Origin: Terriglobia bacterium
GTDB lineage: Bacteria > Acidobacteriota > Terriglobia > 20CM-2-55-15
Assembly: GCA_963664115.2 (NCBI GenBank)
Contig: CAXWPJ010000002.1
Location: 768,001 to 832,000 of the forward strand
DNA length: 64,000 nucleotides
Direction of reading: 5' to 3'
The translations under genes and the position numbers were made by a program. This document shows positions 37,213 to 47,182 of the stretch, piece after piece (within the stretch, counting starts at the first letter, position 1; each line of letters begins with the position of its first letter). The notes under the pieces were generated by a model. That model saw only the letters and a program-made list of their open reading frames with translations, did no database searches and was not told where the DNA came from.

Positions 37213-39632
37213 TCCCCCAGCGCCTGCATGCGGAATGCATCGCTCGATACAATTCCCGCCACGATCGACGAGAACCGGTAATCATCCTCGGCCGCCGCCC
37301 TCACGATCGCCCGGATCTGCGGCATGTCATGATACTCGAGCTCCCGACCGAGCGCGTACATCATGAGCTTCTCCGTCAGCGCCTGGACGAACTGGTCGGG
37401 GCGGCCGAGCAGGGCTCGGTGCAGGTCCGCCGGACCTTCGATCGGCCTACCGCCGGGCAGGACCGTGCTCGCGTCGATAGGCGCATCGGCACGCCAATCG
37501 ACGTCCCGCCACTGGCCGGTGACGGTGAAGTTCTCTAGCGCCATCCCGTAGGGGTCGATCACACCGTGGCAAGAGTTACAGCTCGGATTGCTGCGATGCT
37601 CCTCGAGCCGGGCACGAATGGTCTTCGGCTGCTCGCCCTCCGGCGTGGTCAGATCCGTCTCCACGTTCGGCGGCGGCGGCGACGGCGGCGTGCCGACCAG
37701 CTTCTCGAGCACCCAGGCGCCGCGCAACACCGGCGAAGTCCGGTCGCCATATGACGTGCGCAACAGCACGGCGCCCTTGCCGAGGAGCCCTCGGCGGGCC
37801 TCGTCCTCGAGGATTACGCGCCGGAACTGCGCGCCGCGCACCGATGTGATGCCGTAGTGTTCGGCCAGCCTTTCATTGAGGAACGTATGCTCGGCCGCTA
37901 ACAGCTCCTGCACGTTCTCGTCTTCCAGCAGGATGCTGCGCAGGAAGAGGTCGATCTCGGTCGCGAAATCCTCGCGCAGCTCGGGGCTGAATTCGGGGAA
38001 GAGTTGCCGGTCCCACTCGAAGTCGTCGATCTCATCGAGGTTGAGCCAGCGGAGCGCGAAATTAGTCACCAGCGTCTCGGCCCGCCCAGCGGCCAGCATA
38101 CGCCGCACCTGGGTGTCCAGCACGTCGGGACGTCCGAGCTCGCCCGAGTTCGCGAGCTCGAGCAGCTCATCGTCGGGCCCCTGGCTCCACAAGAAGAAAG
38201 ACAGGCGCGAGGCCAGCTCCAGATCGCTCAGCGCATGGAATTTCGCGTCTTGGGTATCGGGCGGTGGGGCGATTCCGCGATAGAGAAAATCCGGGCTCAC
38301 CAGCACCGCGGTCACCATCTGTTCGATTCCGGCGTCGAATCCGCTGGGTCCTTCATGGCCGGCGTCGTAGAAGGCCATCAGCCGGTCGATATCCTCCGTA
38401 GTGACGGGCCGGCGGAAGGCACGCCGAGCGAGATCCGCGGTGATGCGCTCGGCGCAGGCGCGCTCGCGCTCGGGGACCTCGGGCTCACAGATGAATATCT
38501 TCTCCCGGCCCGGTGTGCGGGTGGGGCCCGTCGCCGCGTACGGCCCCACGACCTCGATGCCGCCGATCAGGCGCGGCAGACGCAGGTACCCGACGATAGC
38601 CCACCCGGGATACTGGGAACCGCCGAGAATCGGGTCGTCGGTTGCCACCCGGGAGCGCTCGATGAAAGTCACCACGACTTCGTGGACACCGGCCGTCACC
38701 TGCACGGGGATGTTGGCAAACCGCTCCATGAGCTCCGCTCCCGCCGGTGCACCGCCGCCGAGATCCACGAACGCGCGATCCGCTTCGCCGCCGATCTTTT
38801 CCCGGAAGACCTCAGCGCGATCGATCAGCACAACCACCGTTGTCTCGTTCTCGATCGCCCGTGGGTAGACCCCGACATCGAGGTCCATGATATTGATGCG
38901 GTACTCCCCGTCCGCCGGGAACGTGTACTCGAAGCTCGTGCCGCCCCGCGTGCCGAGCGGCATGCCGTCCACATAGCCTTCCTGGTCGCCGCTAGGTGGG
39001 GGGAAATTGGCGCTGGCGACCTGCGGCACCGGATCGCCTACTGCCATGCGCGAGACCGCTCGCGCGACACTGATGTACTGCTCCAGGAAGGCGGGCGACA
39101 CGGTCAACGCCGAAGCGATGTTGCTGAAGCCTTCGACCTCGATCTCGGCTGGCAGGTACTCCTCGGGATCGATCTCCACAGCCAGGAGATCCTTCACGGC
39201 ATTGGCATACTCGGTTCGGTTCAAGCGCTGGACGGGGACGTGGCCCGCCACGGGCGCCTCGCTGCTCTCGTCGATGGAGCTCTCGAGCCAGCTAACCAGC
39301 GCGTCGATTTCCTGCTGCGTGGGCTGGCGATTGCCGGGCGGCGGCATGAGGCGCCCGCGCAATTTGTGCACGGCGGTCTCGAAGATCTCGGCGTTCTCGG
39401 GCACGGACTCTGCGGTGAGCTGGTCGAACATGATGCCGCCGGCGCGAACGTCGGTGTTGTGGCAAACGACGCAGTAGCTCTCGACGACGGCCCACTGCTG
39501 TTCGGGAAGCGGCGCGCCCTGGTTCGCGCGTTGGGAAAAGACGGTGGTGGCAACCGAAACGGTGGCAACCGAAACGATACCGACGGCACAAGAAATGCCG
39601 ATAAGACGTCTAGCGAGTTTTATACGAGCCAT
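37209..39632 (-). CDS. DUF1592/DUF1588 (PSD/PSCyt) c-type cytochrome domain protein
   Basis: CVVCH, RLNRTEYAN, ELASRLSFFLW, TSPVLRG and CNSCH. Confidence 0.9.
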   Translation of the reverse strand: MARIKLARRLIGISCAVGIVSVATVSVATTVFSQRANQGAPLPEQQWAVVESYCVVCHNTDVRAGGIMFDQLTAESVPENAEIFETAVHKLRGRLMPPPGNRQPTQQEIDALVSWLESSIDESSEAPVAGHVPVQRLNRTEYANAVKDLLAVEIDPEEYLPAEIEVEGFSNIASALTVSPAFLEQYISVARAVSRMAVGDPVPQVASANFPPPSGDQEGYVDGMPLGTRGGTSFEYTFPADGEYRINIMDLDVGVYPRAIENETTVVVLIDRAEVFREKIGGEADRAFVDLGGGAPAGAELMERFANIPVQVTAGVHEVVVTFIERSRVATDDPILGGSQYPGWAIVGYLRLPRLIGGIEVVGPYAATGPTRTPGREKIFICEPEVPERERACAERITADLARRAFRRPVTTEDIDRLMAFYDAGHEGPSGFDAGIEQMVTAVLVSPDFLYRGIAPPPDTQDAKFHALSDLELASRLSFFLWSQGPDDELLELANSGELGRPDVLDTQVRRMLAAGRAETLVTNFALRWLNLDEIDDFEWDRQLFPEFSPELREDFATEIDLFLRSILLEDENVQELLAAEHTFLNERLAEHYGITSVRGAQFRRVILEDEARRGLLGKGAVLLRTSYGDRTSPVLRGAWVLEKLVGTPPSPPPPNVETDLTTPEGEQPKTIRARLEEHRSNPSCNSCHGVIDPYGMALENFTVTGQWRDVDWRADAPIDASTVLPGGRPIEGPADLHRALLGRPDQFVQALTEKLMMYALGRELEYHDMPQIRAIVRAAAEDDYRFSSIVAGIVSSDAFRMQALGE

Positions 39633-39892
39633 CACGGATTTATGGTTGTTTATGTTACAGGAAGAATAGGGGTCGAACCGCGATATTTTTTTGCTCTGTC
39701 GACATCGCTCATGGAGGTAACTTCTGTGCCTCGTCGTTAGGGAGAACACAGCGTTACTGCCCTAACCGAGATACTTCCTGCACGGCTCGGCGCAGCACAC
39801 GATCGGACAGGGGCGTCGATCGCTCGAAAACTACTGTTCGACCCCGCTTTCCTACCGAGGCAAGGATTCCCTAGGGCGCTGCGAGTGGCTAA

Positions 39893-40027
39893 GTTCCGCG
39901 AGGCGAGCCCGGCCCCGTTCTGGAGAACGTGCTGACCAAACCTAACGGCGTTGCCAACTTCAGCGTCTCACAGGATGGCACCCTCGCCTACTTGAGTGTC
40001 GGGGCAGGCGGCCTCCAGCGGACGCTA
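39893..40027 (+). pseudogene. Internal relic of the kinase C-terminal beta-propeller, interrupted by IS1380
   Basis: RGEPGPVLENVLTKPNGVANFSVSQDGTLAYL...QRTL resembles GEPVTLFEGVRTRPSQYSVSDSGSLAWV of 8399-9349; continues CTA GTT TGA after the IS. Confidence 0.65.
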
Positions 40028-40028
40028 G

Positions 40029-41876
40029 CCCCTGAACAAGCGTGATTGACGAGGAAATGATAGTGCAATAAGAGCGGAAGTACCCGAAATGCCCCCTCTC
40101 CGTGCGAAAAAAACCTTGAACAGATTCTTCGGAAAAGGAGGCATTTCAGATGAACGATTATACGCGCAAGAACATGAGGAACCGCAAGCGGCGAATCGAA
40201 CGTCGGCTTGGGGACCGGCATTGGACGGATCAGGTAGAGCCGATGTTTTCGGCGAGCAACATTCAGTACGAGATGGGAGAGCGGACGCGGGGCACATCGG
40301 TTGGTGGTATCGGGACGATGCAACTGGTGGCGCGGCGGACCGGGCTGATCGAAGCCATCGACAAGGGCGTGCATGTGTTGAAGCGGCACCTGCCGTATCA
40401 CGAGTCGGATCACGTGCTGAACATCGCCTACAACGCCTTGAGCGGAGGAACGTGCCTGGAAGACATCGAACTGCGGCGCAACGATGCGGTGTATCTGGAT
40501 GCGCTGGGAGCGCAACGGATTCCGGATCCGACGACGGCGGGAGACTTCTGCCGGAGATTCGAGGCCGACGACGTGGAGTGTCTGATGGAGGCAACCAATC
40601 AAGTCCGGCTCGGAGTCTGGCGACAGCAACCGGCGGCGTTTTTCGAAGAAGCGGTGTTGGACGCGGACGGGACACTGGCCGAAACCACGGGGGAATGCAA
40701 GCAAGGGATGGACGTGGCCTACGACGGGACGTGGGGATATCACCCGCTGATGATCTCGCTGGCCAACACCGCCGAACCGCTGTATCTGGTCAATCGTAGC
40801 GGCAACCGGCCGTCGCATGAAGGAGCCGCGGTCCGGTTCGACCAAGCCATCGCATTGTGCCGGCATGCGGGGTTTCGCCAGATCCTGCTGCGCGGGGACA
40901 CGGACTTCAGCCAGACCCGGCATCTGGACGGATGGGACGACCAGCAGGTGGGTTTCATATTCGGGATTGACGCGATGGCGAACCTGAAGGCCCGGGCCGA
41001 TGAACTGGAGCCGCGCCAGTGGAAGCGCCTGGAACGGCCCGCGAAATACGACGTGGCGACCGAACCGCGCCAACGTCCCGACAACGTGAAGGAAGAGATC
41101 GTTCGGCAGCGCGGTTTCGACAATATCCGCTTGCAGGGTGAGGATGTGGCCGAGTTTCGGTATCGACCCGGAGCCTGCGATCGGGACTACCGTGTCGTCG
41201 TGGTGCGGAAGAATCTGTCGGTGGCCAAAGGAGAGCAGGTGTTGTTTGACGACATCCGGTACTTCTTCTACATTACCAACCGTTCGGATCCGGCCGACCA
41301 GATTGTGATGCGTGCCAATCAACGGTGCAATCAGGAGAATCTCATTGAGCAGTTGAAGAACGGCGTTCAGGCGTTGCGGATGCCGGTCGGAGATCAGACC
41401 AGCAACTGGGCCTACATGGTGATCGCGTCACTGGCCTGGACACTGAAAGCGTGGTTTGCATTGCTGCTTCCCGAAACCGGACGTTGGGGCCAAAAATATC
41501 AGGCTGAGAAGCAAACCGTGCTGCGCATGGAGTTCAAAACCTTCTTGAACGCTTTCATGCTTGTGCCGTGCCAACTCGTGCGCACCGGGCGGCGCATTCT
41601 GTTCCGGATCCTGGCCTGGAACCGGTGGTTGCCGGTCTTGTTCCGCGGGGTGGATGTGTTGCGTCAGCCTCTGCGATGTTGACCCGATCATGACTCTGAG
41701 CCCGGGCGATCGAGGTCCCGGTTTCTGTCAACCGTCCAACACCAGCGAGGCTGAACTGAAACAGATTCAACAGAAACTCGATACCTGGAACAGGCCATCC
41801 GGAACGGGATTCTATGCCTCGAATTCTATCGGCGCGAACTGGGCCTCGGCGGACTGGTTATGCGCTTGTTTTGGGT
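40029..41876 (+). mobile_element. IS1380-family insertion sequence
   Basis: Imperfect TIRs CCCTGAACAAGCG / CGCTTGTTTTGGG, flanked by a CTAG duplication (40025-28, 41877-80). Confidence 0.85.
40150..41682 (+). CDS. IS1380-family DDE transposase
   Basis: LDADGT, GYHPL, LLRGDTDF and RCNQENLIEQLK. Confidence 0.9.
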   Translation: MNDYTRKNMRNRKRRIERRLGDRHWTDQVEPMFSASNIQYEMGERTRGTSVGGIGTMQLVARRTGLIEAIDKGVHVLKRHLPYHESDHVLNIAYNALSGGTCLEDIELRRNDAVYLDALGAQRIPDPTTAGDFCRRFEADDVECLMEATNQVRLGVWRQQPAAFFEEAVLDADGTLAETTGECKQGMDVAYDGTWGYHPLMISLANTAEPLYLVNRSGNRPSHEGAAVRFDQAIALCRHAGFRQILLRGDTDFSQTRHLDGWDDQQVGFIFGIDAMANLKARADELEPRQWKRLERPAKYDVATEPRQRPDNVKEEIVRQRGFDNIRLQGEDVAEFRYRPGACDRDYRVVVVRKNLSVAKGEQVLFDDIRYFFYITNRSDPADQIVMRANQRCNQENLIEQLKNGVQALRMPVGDQTSNWAYMVIASLAWTLKAWFALLLPETGRWGQKYQAEKQTVLRMEFKTFLNAFMLVPCQLVRTGRRILFRILAWNRWLPVLFRGVDVLRQPLRC

Positions 41877-41984
41877 CTAGTTTGAAGTCCACTCGAACCC
41901 CCACCGTGGGGTTCTGCTCGGGTTCCAGGTTCCATTTCTCCCGATCTGTCCGTTTGCCCGGCAGAGGCCGGACCTCCCTCCCCG

Positions 41985-42521
41985 TCAAGGCTTCTGGAAA
42001 TAGGTCCGGATCAGGCCGGGTCGCTCTTCCACACACCAAACGAGAAATCCTTTCTTTTTCATGATGTCTATGCCCGGCGCCGGCAGGTGGTTGGAAATCA
42101 GTTCCAGTATTTCGGACGACTTCAGTTGATGGGACTTTTCGTTGATGCGTACCAGGGGCATGCTGTCTTCGACCCGATCTTTGATTTCGTCGATCGACAC
42201 CATCACCTTTTCAGGATCGAACCACTCGGGTCGCTCCGAAAAATAAGATGGCGCGTCGACTGCATCAGCGGGATCCAGTAGTTCCTGTCCCACAGCCGAC
42301 CGGAGAGTGTTGACGAGTGCGACGAGGGGGACATGAGCGACGGCCGCAGCATGCCTTATCGAGGCTACCTTGGCGACGCTTCGTCGGAGCAGGGGGTTTT
42401 TCAGTTTGGCGAAGGCCGGCGCCACCCCGATCAATACATCTTCCAGTTCGGGATATCGCTCCAGCAATGCGGCGACTGTCGTTGACGCTTCGATAGGGAA
42501 GCTTTCCTCTTGCTCAGGCAT
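41985..42521 (-). CDS. DUF1858-domain protein
   Basis: TVAALLERYPEL...FAKLKNPLLR; C-terminal PAPGID. Confidence 0.65.
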   Translation of the reverse strand: MPEQEESFPIEASTTVAALLERYPELEDVLIGVAPAFAKLKNPLLRRSVAKVASIRHAAAVAHVPLVALVNTLRSAVGQELLDPADAVDAPSYFSERPEWFDPEKVMVSIDEIKDRVEDSMPLVRINEKSHQLKSSEILELISNHLPAPGIDIMKKKGFLVWCVEERPGLIRTYFQKP

Positions 42522-42703
42522 CCAGGATAACTTTAGCCTGTGTATCTAACGATTTACAAGGTTCTCTGACTGTGGAGGGTGGATTCTTTCAGAGCTCGAA
42601 TCCCGGGCACATATTTATTTAATATAGGAATTATAATTATTAAGCTTGTATTCGCTGTGGCCCGGGCATAGCTTCGACTCATTCCCAAAAGGAGGATCTG
42701 GAA

Positions 42704-43954
42704 ATGAGATCACAGCGTGGAATGGCCCTGATCACGGCTCTGATGATGCTTGCTTTCCTCACGGTCGTGGGCGGCGCACTCTTATCCAGCACGACGGTCG
42801 ACCTCATGATCGCCGAGAACTATGAGACCAACGCGAAGCTCTTGTACCTCACTGAAGCCGGACTCAATGTAGGGCGAGAAACGTTGAGGGCTTCGGCGAA
42901 CGACCTGTCCACGGACATGGCGACGGCTGCCGGGGTGGACACGACGTTGGCGGTATCGATGGACCTGGCCACACTCCTGGCGACCGACGACCAGCCGCTC
43001 CTTCCATCCGAGGGCAGCCTCCGAACGACGGGCCAGACCCTTGACGATGGTTCGGGGCAAGCGATCGGCACTTACCACGTTTTCGTGCGCAACGATCCGG
43101 CGGACGGCCAGACTGCGACAAGCGATTCTAACGATGTCGTCACCTTGGTGAGTATAGGAACCATTGGCAACGCGACGCTGACGATAGCAGCCGACGTCAA
43201 GAAGGGAACTTTCCCGCCCATTCCGGCAGCGTTGACTCTCAATGGAGGCATCGGCTTGTTTGATGCGGCGAATTCGAATCTGTTCCGAGTGGATGGATTT
43301 GATTCGGCGGGTAGCGGCAACAACGAGAATGCTATTGGTGTCATCTCTTCCGCGGACGACACTACGGTGACGAACGCCATTCCGCCGGTGAATGTTGCGA
43401 ACTACACCGGTGACGGCGGTGTCACACCTGACGTTGAAGACATCAGCACCGACCTATCTGGAATGCTGGAAACAGTATCCGGTCTGGAGGACCTTGTTTC
43501 CAGCATGTCGGAATCGGCCACAGATACCTACACGCCGGGCTTTGGAAACTCGACTTCGATCGGCAACATCGGAAGTTCGAGTGACGACCGCGTTGTCGTC
43601 GTCAACGGCGACGCCACGTTCGGGCCAGGTACCGGCTACGGTGTTCTGTTGGTACGGGGTGTCCTGACATTTTCCGGCAACTTCAATTGGAATGGTCTGG
43701 TCTTGGTGATCGGCCAGGGAGAAATGCACTGGAACGGTGGTGGGCTGGGTGAGATACAGGGTGGCCTGTTTATTGCGAAGACGCGCGACACGGCAACGGC
43801 GTCCGTACCGCTGGGAGCGCTGCGGACGACGAGGGGAGATATCATTGCCGACTTCAACGGCGGTGGCGGTGCCGGAATCGTTTACAACACGAGCACGATC
43901 GCAAATGCCAACAGCACGTTTCCGTATGACCCGATTGCGGTCTGGGAATACTGA
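42704..43954 (+). CDS. PilX N-terminal domain protein (minor pilin-like)
   Basis: QRG/MALITALMML class III signal, AEAGL; AGGAGG RBS. Confidence 0.75.
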   Translation: MRSQRGMALITALMMLAFLTVVGGALLSSTTVDLMIAENYETNAKLLYLTEAGLNVGRETLRASANDLSTDMATAAGVDTTLAVSMDLATLLATDDQPLLPSEGSLRTTGQTLDDGSGQAIGTYHVFVRNDPADGQTATSDSNDVVTLVSIGTIGNATLTIAADVKKGTFPPIPAALTLNGGIGLFDAANSNLFRVDGFDSAGSGNNENAIGVISSADDTTVTNAIPPVNVANYTGDGGVTPDVEDISTDLSGMLETVSGLEDLVSSMSESATDTYTPGFGNSTSIGNIGSSSDDRVVVVNGDATFGPGTGYGVLLVRGVLTFSGNFNWNGLVLVIGQGEMHWNGGGLGEIQGGLFIAKTRDTATASVPLGALRTTRGDIIADFNGGGGAGIVYNTSTIANANSTFPYDPIAVWEY

Positions 43955-43991
43955 AATGCTGGCCGACGGACGTCTGAATCGGGAGGAACTC

Positions 43992-44222
43992 ATGTCAGTG
44001 ACCGCAACACAGACGGCCAGAGGCGGTATTTTGCGGGGAGCCGGGGACCTGCGGGAAGAGTTAAGTAAAACCAGTAGCCAACTCGCCCTCCTCATGGAGC
44101 AATATCGCGACCCCAGGCGGAGGCTTGAACAGAAGATACGATTAAACATCCGACGCAACGAGTTGGAGTCGTACGCGGCCGGTTTGCGCTACGCCCTGGG
44201 TGGTGCGCCAAGGGAAACCTAG
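43992..44222 (+). CDS. Small helical hypothetical protein
   Basis: GGAGG RBS, 76 aa. Confidence 0.5.
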   Translation: MSVTATQTARGGILRGAGDLREELSKTSSQLALLMEQYRDPRRRLEQKIRLNIRRNELESYAAGLRYALGGAPRET

Positions 44223-44324
44223 CCTGAATCTGGAGTCCCGGGAACCTGTCGTTCCCGGGATAGCTCCTTCCAACACTTCACCTTTCGAAAGAGCTGCCTC
44301 CCCTTTAATCGAGCGGGTTCTCGA

Positions 44325-44353
44325 TTGCCTCCGGCTTTGCTGTTCTATAGACT
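44325..44353 (+). promoter_or_regulatory. Sigma70-like promoter candidate
   Basis: TTGCCT-N17-TAGACT; a similar motif precedes the 8278 kinase start. Confidence 0.35.
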
Positions 44354-44433
44354 CGTTCCGGATTTCAGATTGAATTGGATGCGGCGATTGGGATCGAATG
44401 CCTTAAACGAACTGGATAGAGGAGTGGCCCTAC

Positions 44434-45482
44434 ATGCGAGCGACCCGCGGATACGCGACCCAGGGGCCGGATGCCAAACTCGAGCCTTTCAATTTTGAGA
44501 GACGGGATCCAGGTCCAGACGACGTCCTGATTGAGATCTTGTACTGCGGTATCTGCCATACCGACATCCACCAGACTCGGAACGACTGGCAAACTGCGGC
44601 GTATCCGATGGTACCCGGTCATGAGATCGTCGGCCGCGTCGGGGGTGTCGGTAGTAATGTCCAGAGCTTCAGGGAGGGCGATCTGGCCGGTGTCGGCTGC
44701 TTCGTGGACTCCTGCCGCGAGTGTGAAAGCTGTCGGGATGGGATGGAGCAGAGTACTGCGTGGTCCCTCCCGTGTGGACCTACAATGCGATCGAAAAGGA
44801 CGGTAAGACACGGACTCTCGGAGGGTACTCTTCCGAGATTGTCGTGGATCAGAACTACGTGCTCCGTGTGCCGCCGGGTCTTGATCCGGCCGGAGCCGCT
44901 CCCCTGCTGTGTGCAGGTGTCACGACCTATTCGCCGCTCAAACACTTTGGCGTTGAAAAAGGAGATCGCGTTGGCGTTGTCGGGCTTGGCGGGCTCGGTC
45001 ACATGGCGGTCAAGCTGGCATCGTCCATGGGTGCGGAAGTCACGGTTTTCAGTACGTCGGCGTCGAAAGAAGATGACGCGCGCCGCTTGGGTGCAAGCGA
45101 ATTCCTAGTCACGAAAGACCTGGACCCTACTCCGCTGGCCAACCGCTTTCGTCTTGTCATCGACGCGGTTTCCGCATCTCACGATCTGAATCCCTATATC
45201 GGCATGTTGATCCGCGATGGAACCATGGTGCTTTTGGGCGCGCCCCCAGAGGCTGCCCACGTCAGTGCCGGCCCATTGATTTTTGCTCGCCGCAGGCTTG
45301 CGGGTTCGCTCATAGGCGGGATTCGTGAAACCCAGGAGATGCTCGACTACTGTGGGGACAACGGGATCACATCGGATGTTGAAGTGATTCCCATCACGGA
45401 TGTGAATGAGGCGTACGAACGCACTCTCAAGGGAGATGTCCGCTACCGATTTGTTATCGATCTCAAGACACTGCCGGTCTGA
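44434..45482 (+). pseudogene. Zinc-dependent alcohol dehydrogenase (cinnamyl-ADH/AdhC-like) with a +2 frameshift
   Basis: CGICHTD, GHE, CRECESC; removing AG at 44752-53 restores EQYC..VWTYN and joins GLGGLG...YRFVID. Confidence 0.85.
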
Positions 45483-45540
45483 ACCTGAAGTCAACTGTTT
45501 GGTGTTACAACTCTCATCGGCCGGTTCCCAAAATCCCTGG

Positions 45541-45858
45541 CTAACCCGGCGCCGAAACATCCACAAGGAAAGCCCAGAAGGACGCACCTTCCGGGGTTCC
45601 ATAGTCATCGACTTCGACGGCATTCATGTCTGTTAGATAGAAGTCGTAGACGGTGGATCTTTCGTGCGCTAAGGGTGTCGCGCAATAACAGGTCTCATAC
45701 CACTCGATCGTGTCCGAATTTGTGATCTTTGCCCTCTCCATGGATGCCAGGATTTCCTGACCGTCCGGTCTCTGGTTTTCAATCGTCCCATCAGTGAGTT
45801 TCTGATAGAACTCAGGGGCTTTTTCTGCCCGGTACCTGGCCCTCACTTTATAAATCAT
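45541..45858 (-). CDS. Hypothetical protein
   Basis: GGAG RBS; CYCATPLAHER motif. Confidence 0.6.
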   Translation of the reverse strand: MIYKVRARYRAEKAPEFYQKLTDGTIENQRPDGQEILASMERAKITNSDTIEWYETCYCATPLAHERSTVYDFYLTDMNAVEVDDYGTPEGASFWAFLVDVSAPG

Positions 45859-45932
45859 CGTTATCTCCCGCCCGTTTTCGGCGCATCATAGCACCATCGG
45901 CTGAAGACGTCGTTCCGTTAAAACCGTCGGGT

Positions 45933-46949
45933 TCAAACAACGTCGAGCTTCTTCCAGATTTCTTCCATGGCGCCGGTCACCGCCTCGACTTCTATCTCTT
46001 CCATCGAGTTCCCCTGTATGCATCGATCCAGCCCACCGGAGGGACGGTAGTGATGCGGTGAACCGCCGGCGAATATCCCGATCGTAGGTACGCCCAGCGC
46101 CGGCCCGATGTGCATCGGTCCCGTGTCGTTGCTCACGAGCAGATCCACGGAGTCGATCAGGGCCGCGATCTCCGGAAAACTCAAGCCATTCGCGAGATGC
46201 ACCCGGGCCGGATTCTCCGCTCCGGCTTGAACCTTCCGAGCGAGGGATTCTTCTTCTTCGGCCGCCCCGCCGATCACCAGTACCGAAGCGCCCAAGCGGC
46301 TGACTGCATGAGAAGCCACTTTCGAGAATCGGGCTGCGGGCCATCGACGGGGGGGTCTCGACGCCCCGACGTTGAGCGCAACTCTGGGACCGGGGCCCTT
46401 GAGTTGAGCGGCAAGGCCTTCTGCCCCGTGCCCCACCTGGATGTAGGGTCCGTCCTCACCGGCGGAAGCTGAGACGCCCACAACGCTTTGAGCGACGGCT
46501 CGGAAGGTATCCACCATGTGGAGCGTTTCGTTCTGCACCGCGGGTTCCAGATTGAAACAAAAGGGCAGGTACCCACGCTGGGATCGTTTCAAGCCCGCAC
46601 GATAGCGTGCACCGGAGAGCCAGGTCATGAGGTTCGTTTCCCGCAGGCTGTGAAAATCGACCACCAGGTCAAAACCCTCGTCGCGAACCTTTCGTATCAG
46701 GTTGTAGATCTCACGCATGGCCTTGAGCTTGGGTTTGTTCTTGAGGGCCTTACGGTCAATCGGAACGACCGCGTCGATGGTGGGACACAATGCGGCGATG
46801 GATGCACACTGGCTTCCCGTGATCAGCGTCAGTCGGGCGTTGGGGAAGGCGCGCTTGAGTTCGGCGAGAGCCGGCATCATCAGGATGACATCGCCGATTC
46901 CCGAAAGACGAATTGCCAGAATTTTGGAAACGCCGTGAATGGATGTCAT
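45933..46949 (-). CDS. Glycosyltransferase family 9 (heptosyltransferase-like)
   Basis: RLSGIGDV and SNDTGPMHIG. Confidence 0.85.
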   Translation of the reverse strand: MTSIHGVSKILAIRLSGIGDVILMMPALAELKRAFPNARLTLITGSQCASIAALCPTIDAVVPIDRKALKNKPKLKAMREIYNLIRKVRDEGFDLVVDFHSLRETNLMTWLSGARYRAGLKRSQRGYLPFCFNLEPAVQNETLHMVDTFRAVAQSVVGVSASAGEDGPYIQVGHGAEGLAAQLKGPGPRVALNVGASRPPRRWPAARFSKVASHAVSRLGASVLVIGGAAEEEESLARKVQAGAENPARVHLANGLSFPEIAALIDSVDLLVSNDTGPMHIGPALGVPTIGIFAGGSPHHYRPSGGLDRCIQGNSMEEIEVEAVTGAMEEIWKKLDVV

Positions 46950-47182
46950 TGGCAGTGAGAATCTTTGCTGGAATCAGCGCGGATTGCAACCGTCTCGAAT
47001 CCGGGCCGCCGTGCGGAGTCCGGAGCTGACTTGTGTGTGGGGTGATCGACCAGAGGAAGCGGGAGGCTAGTTCACAAGTTCTGTGTGACGAGACGGAGCA
47101 TTCAACCGGAACTGGAACGCAGGATCTTTTCTTCTGTGGGGATCACCGCGAACGAACAAAAAACATTGTTCCCGGGAGTGGC

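Noticed and set aside
39546-39576. 15-bp tandem duplication (VSVAT twice) in the DUF1592 signal region
   Set aside because: Real, but in frame and in a leader peptide; likely trivial slippage.
38004-39740. Long antisense ORFs (for example 578 aa here; also 13005-14237, 39988-41322, 60658-61881)
   Set aside because: Shadow frames opposite well-supported genes in GC-rich DNA, with no motifs.
39736-39766. GTTAGGG...CCCTAAC as an attC site
   Set aside because: The core sites are in the wrong order and too close together, with no internal pairing.
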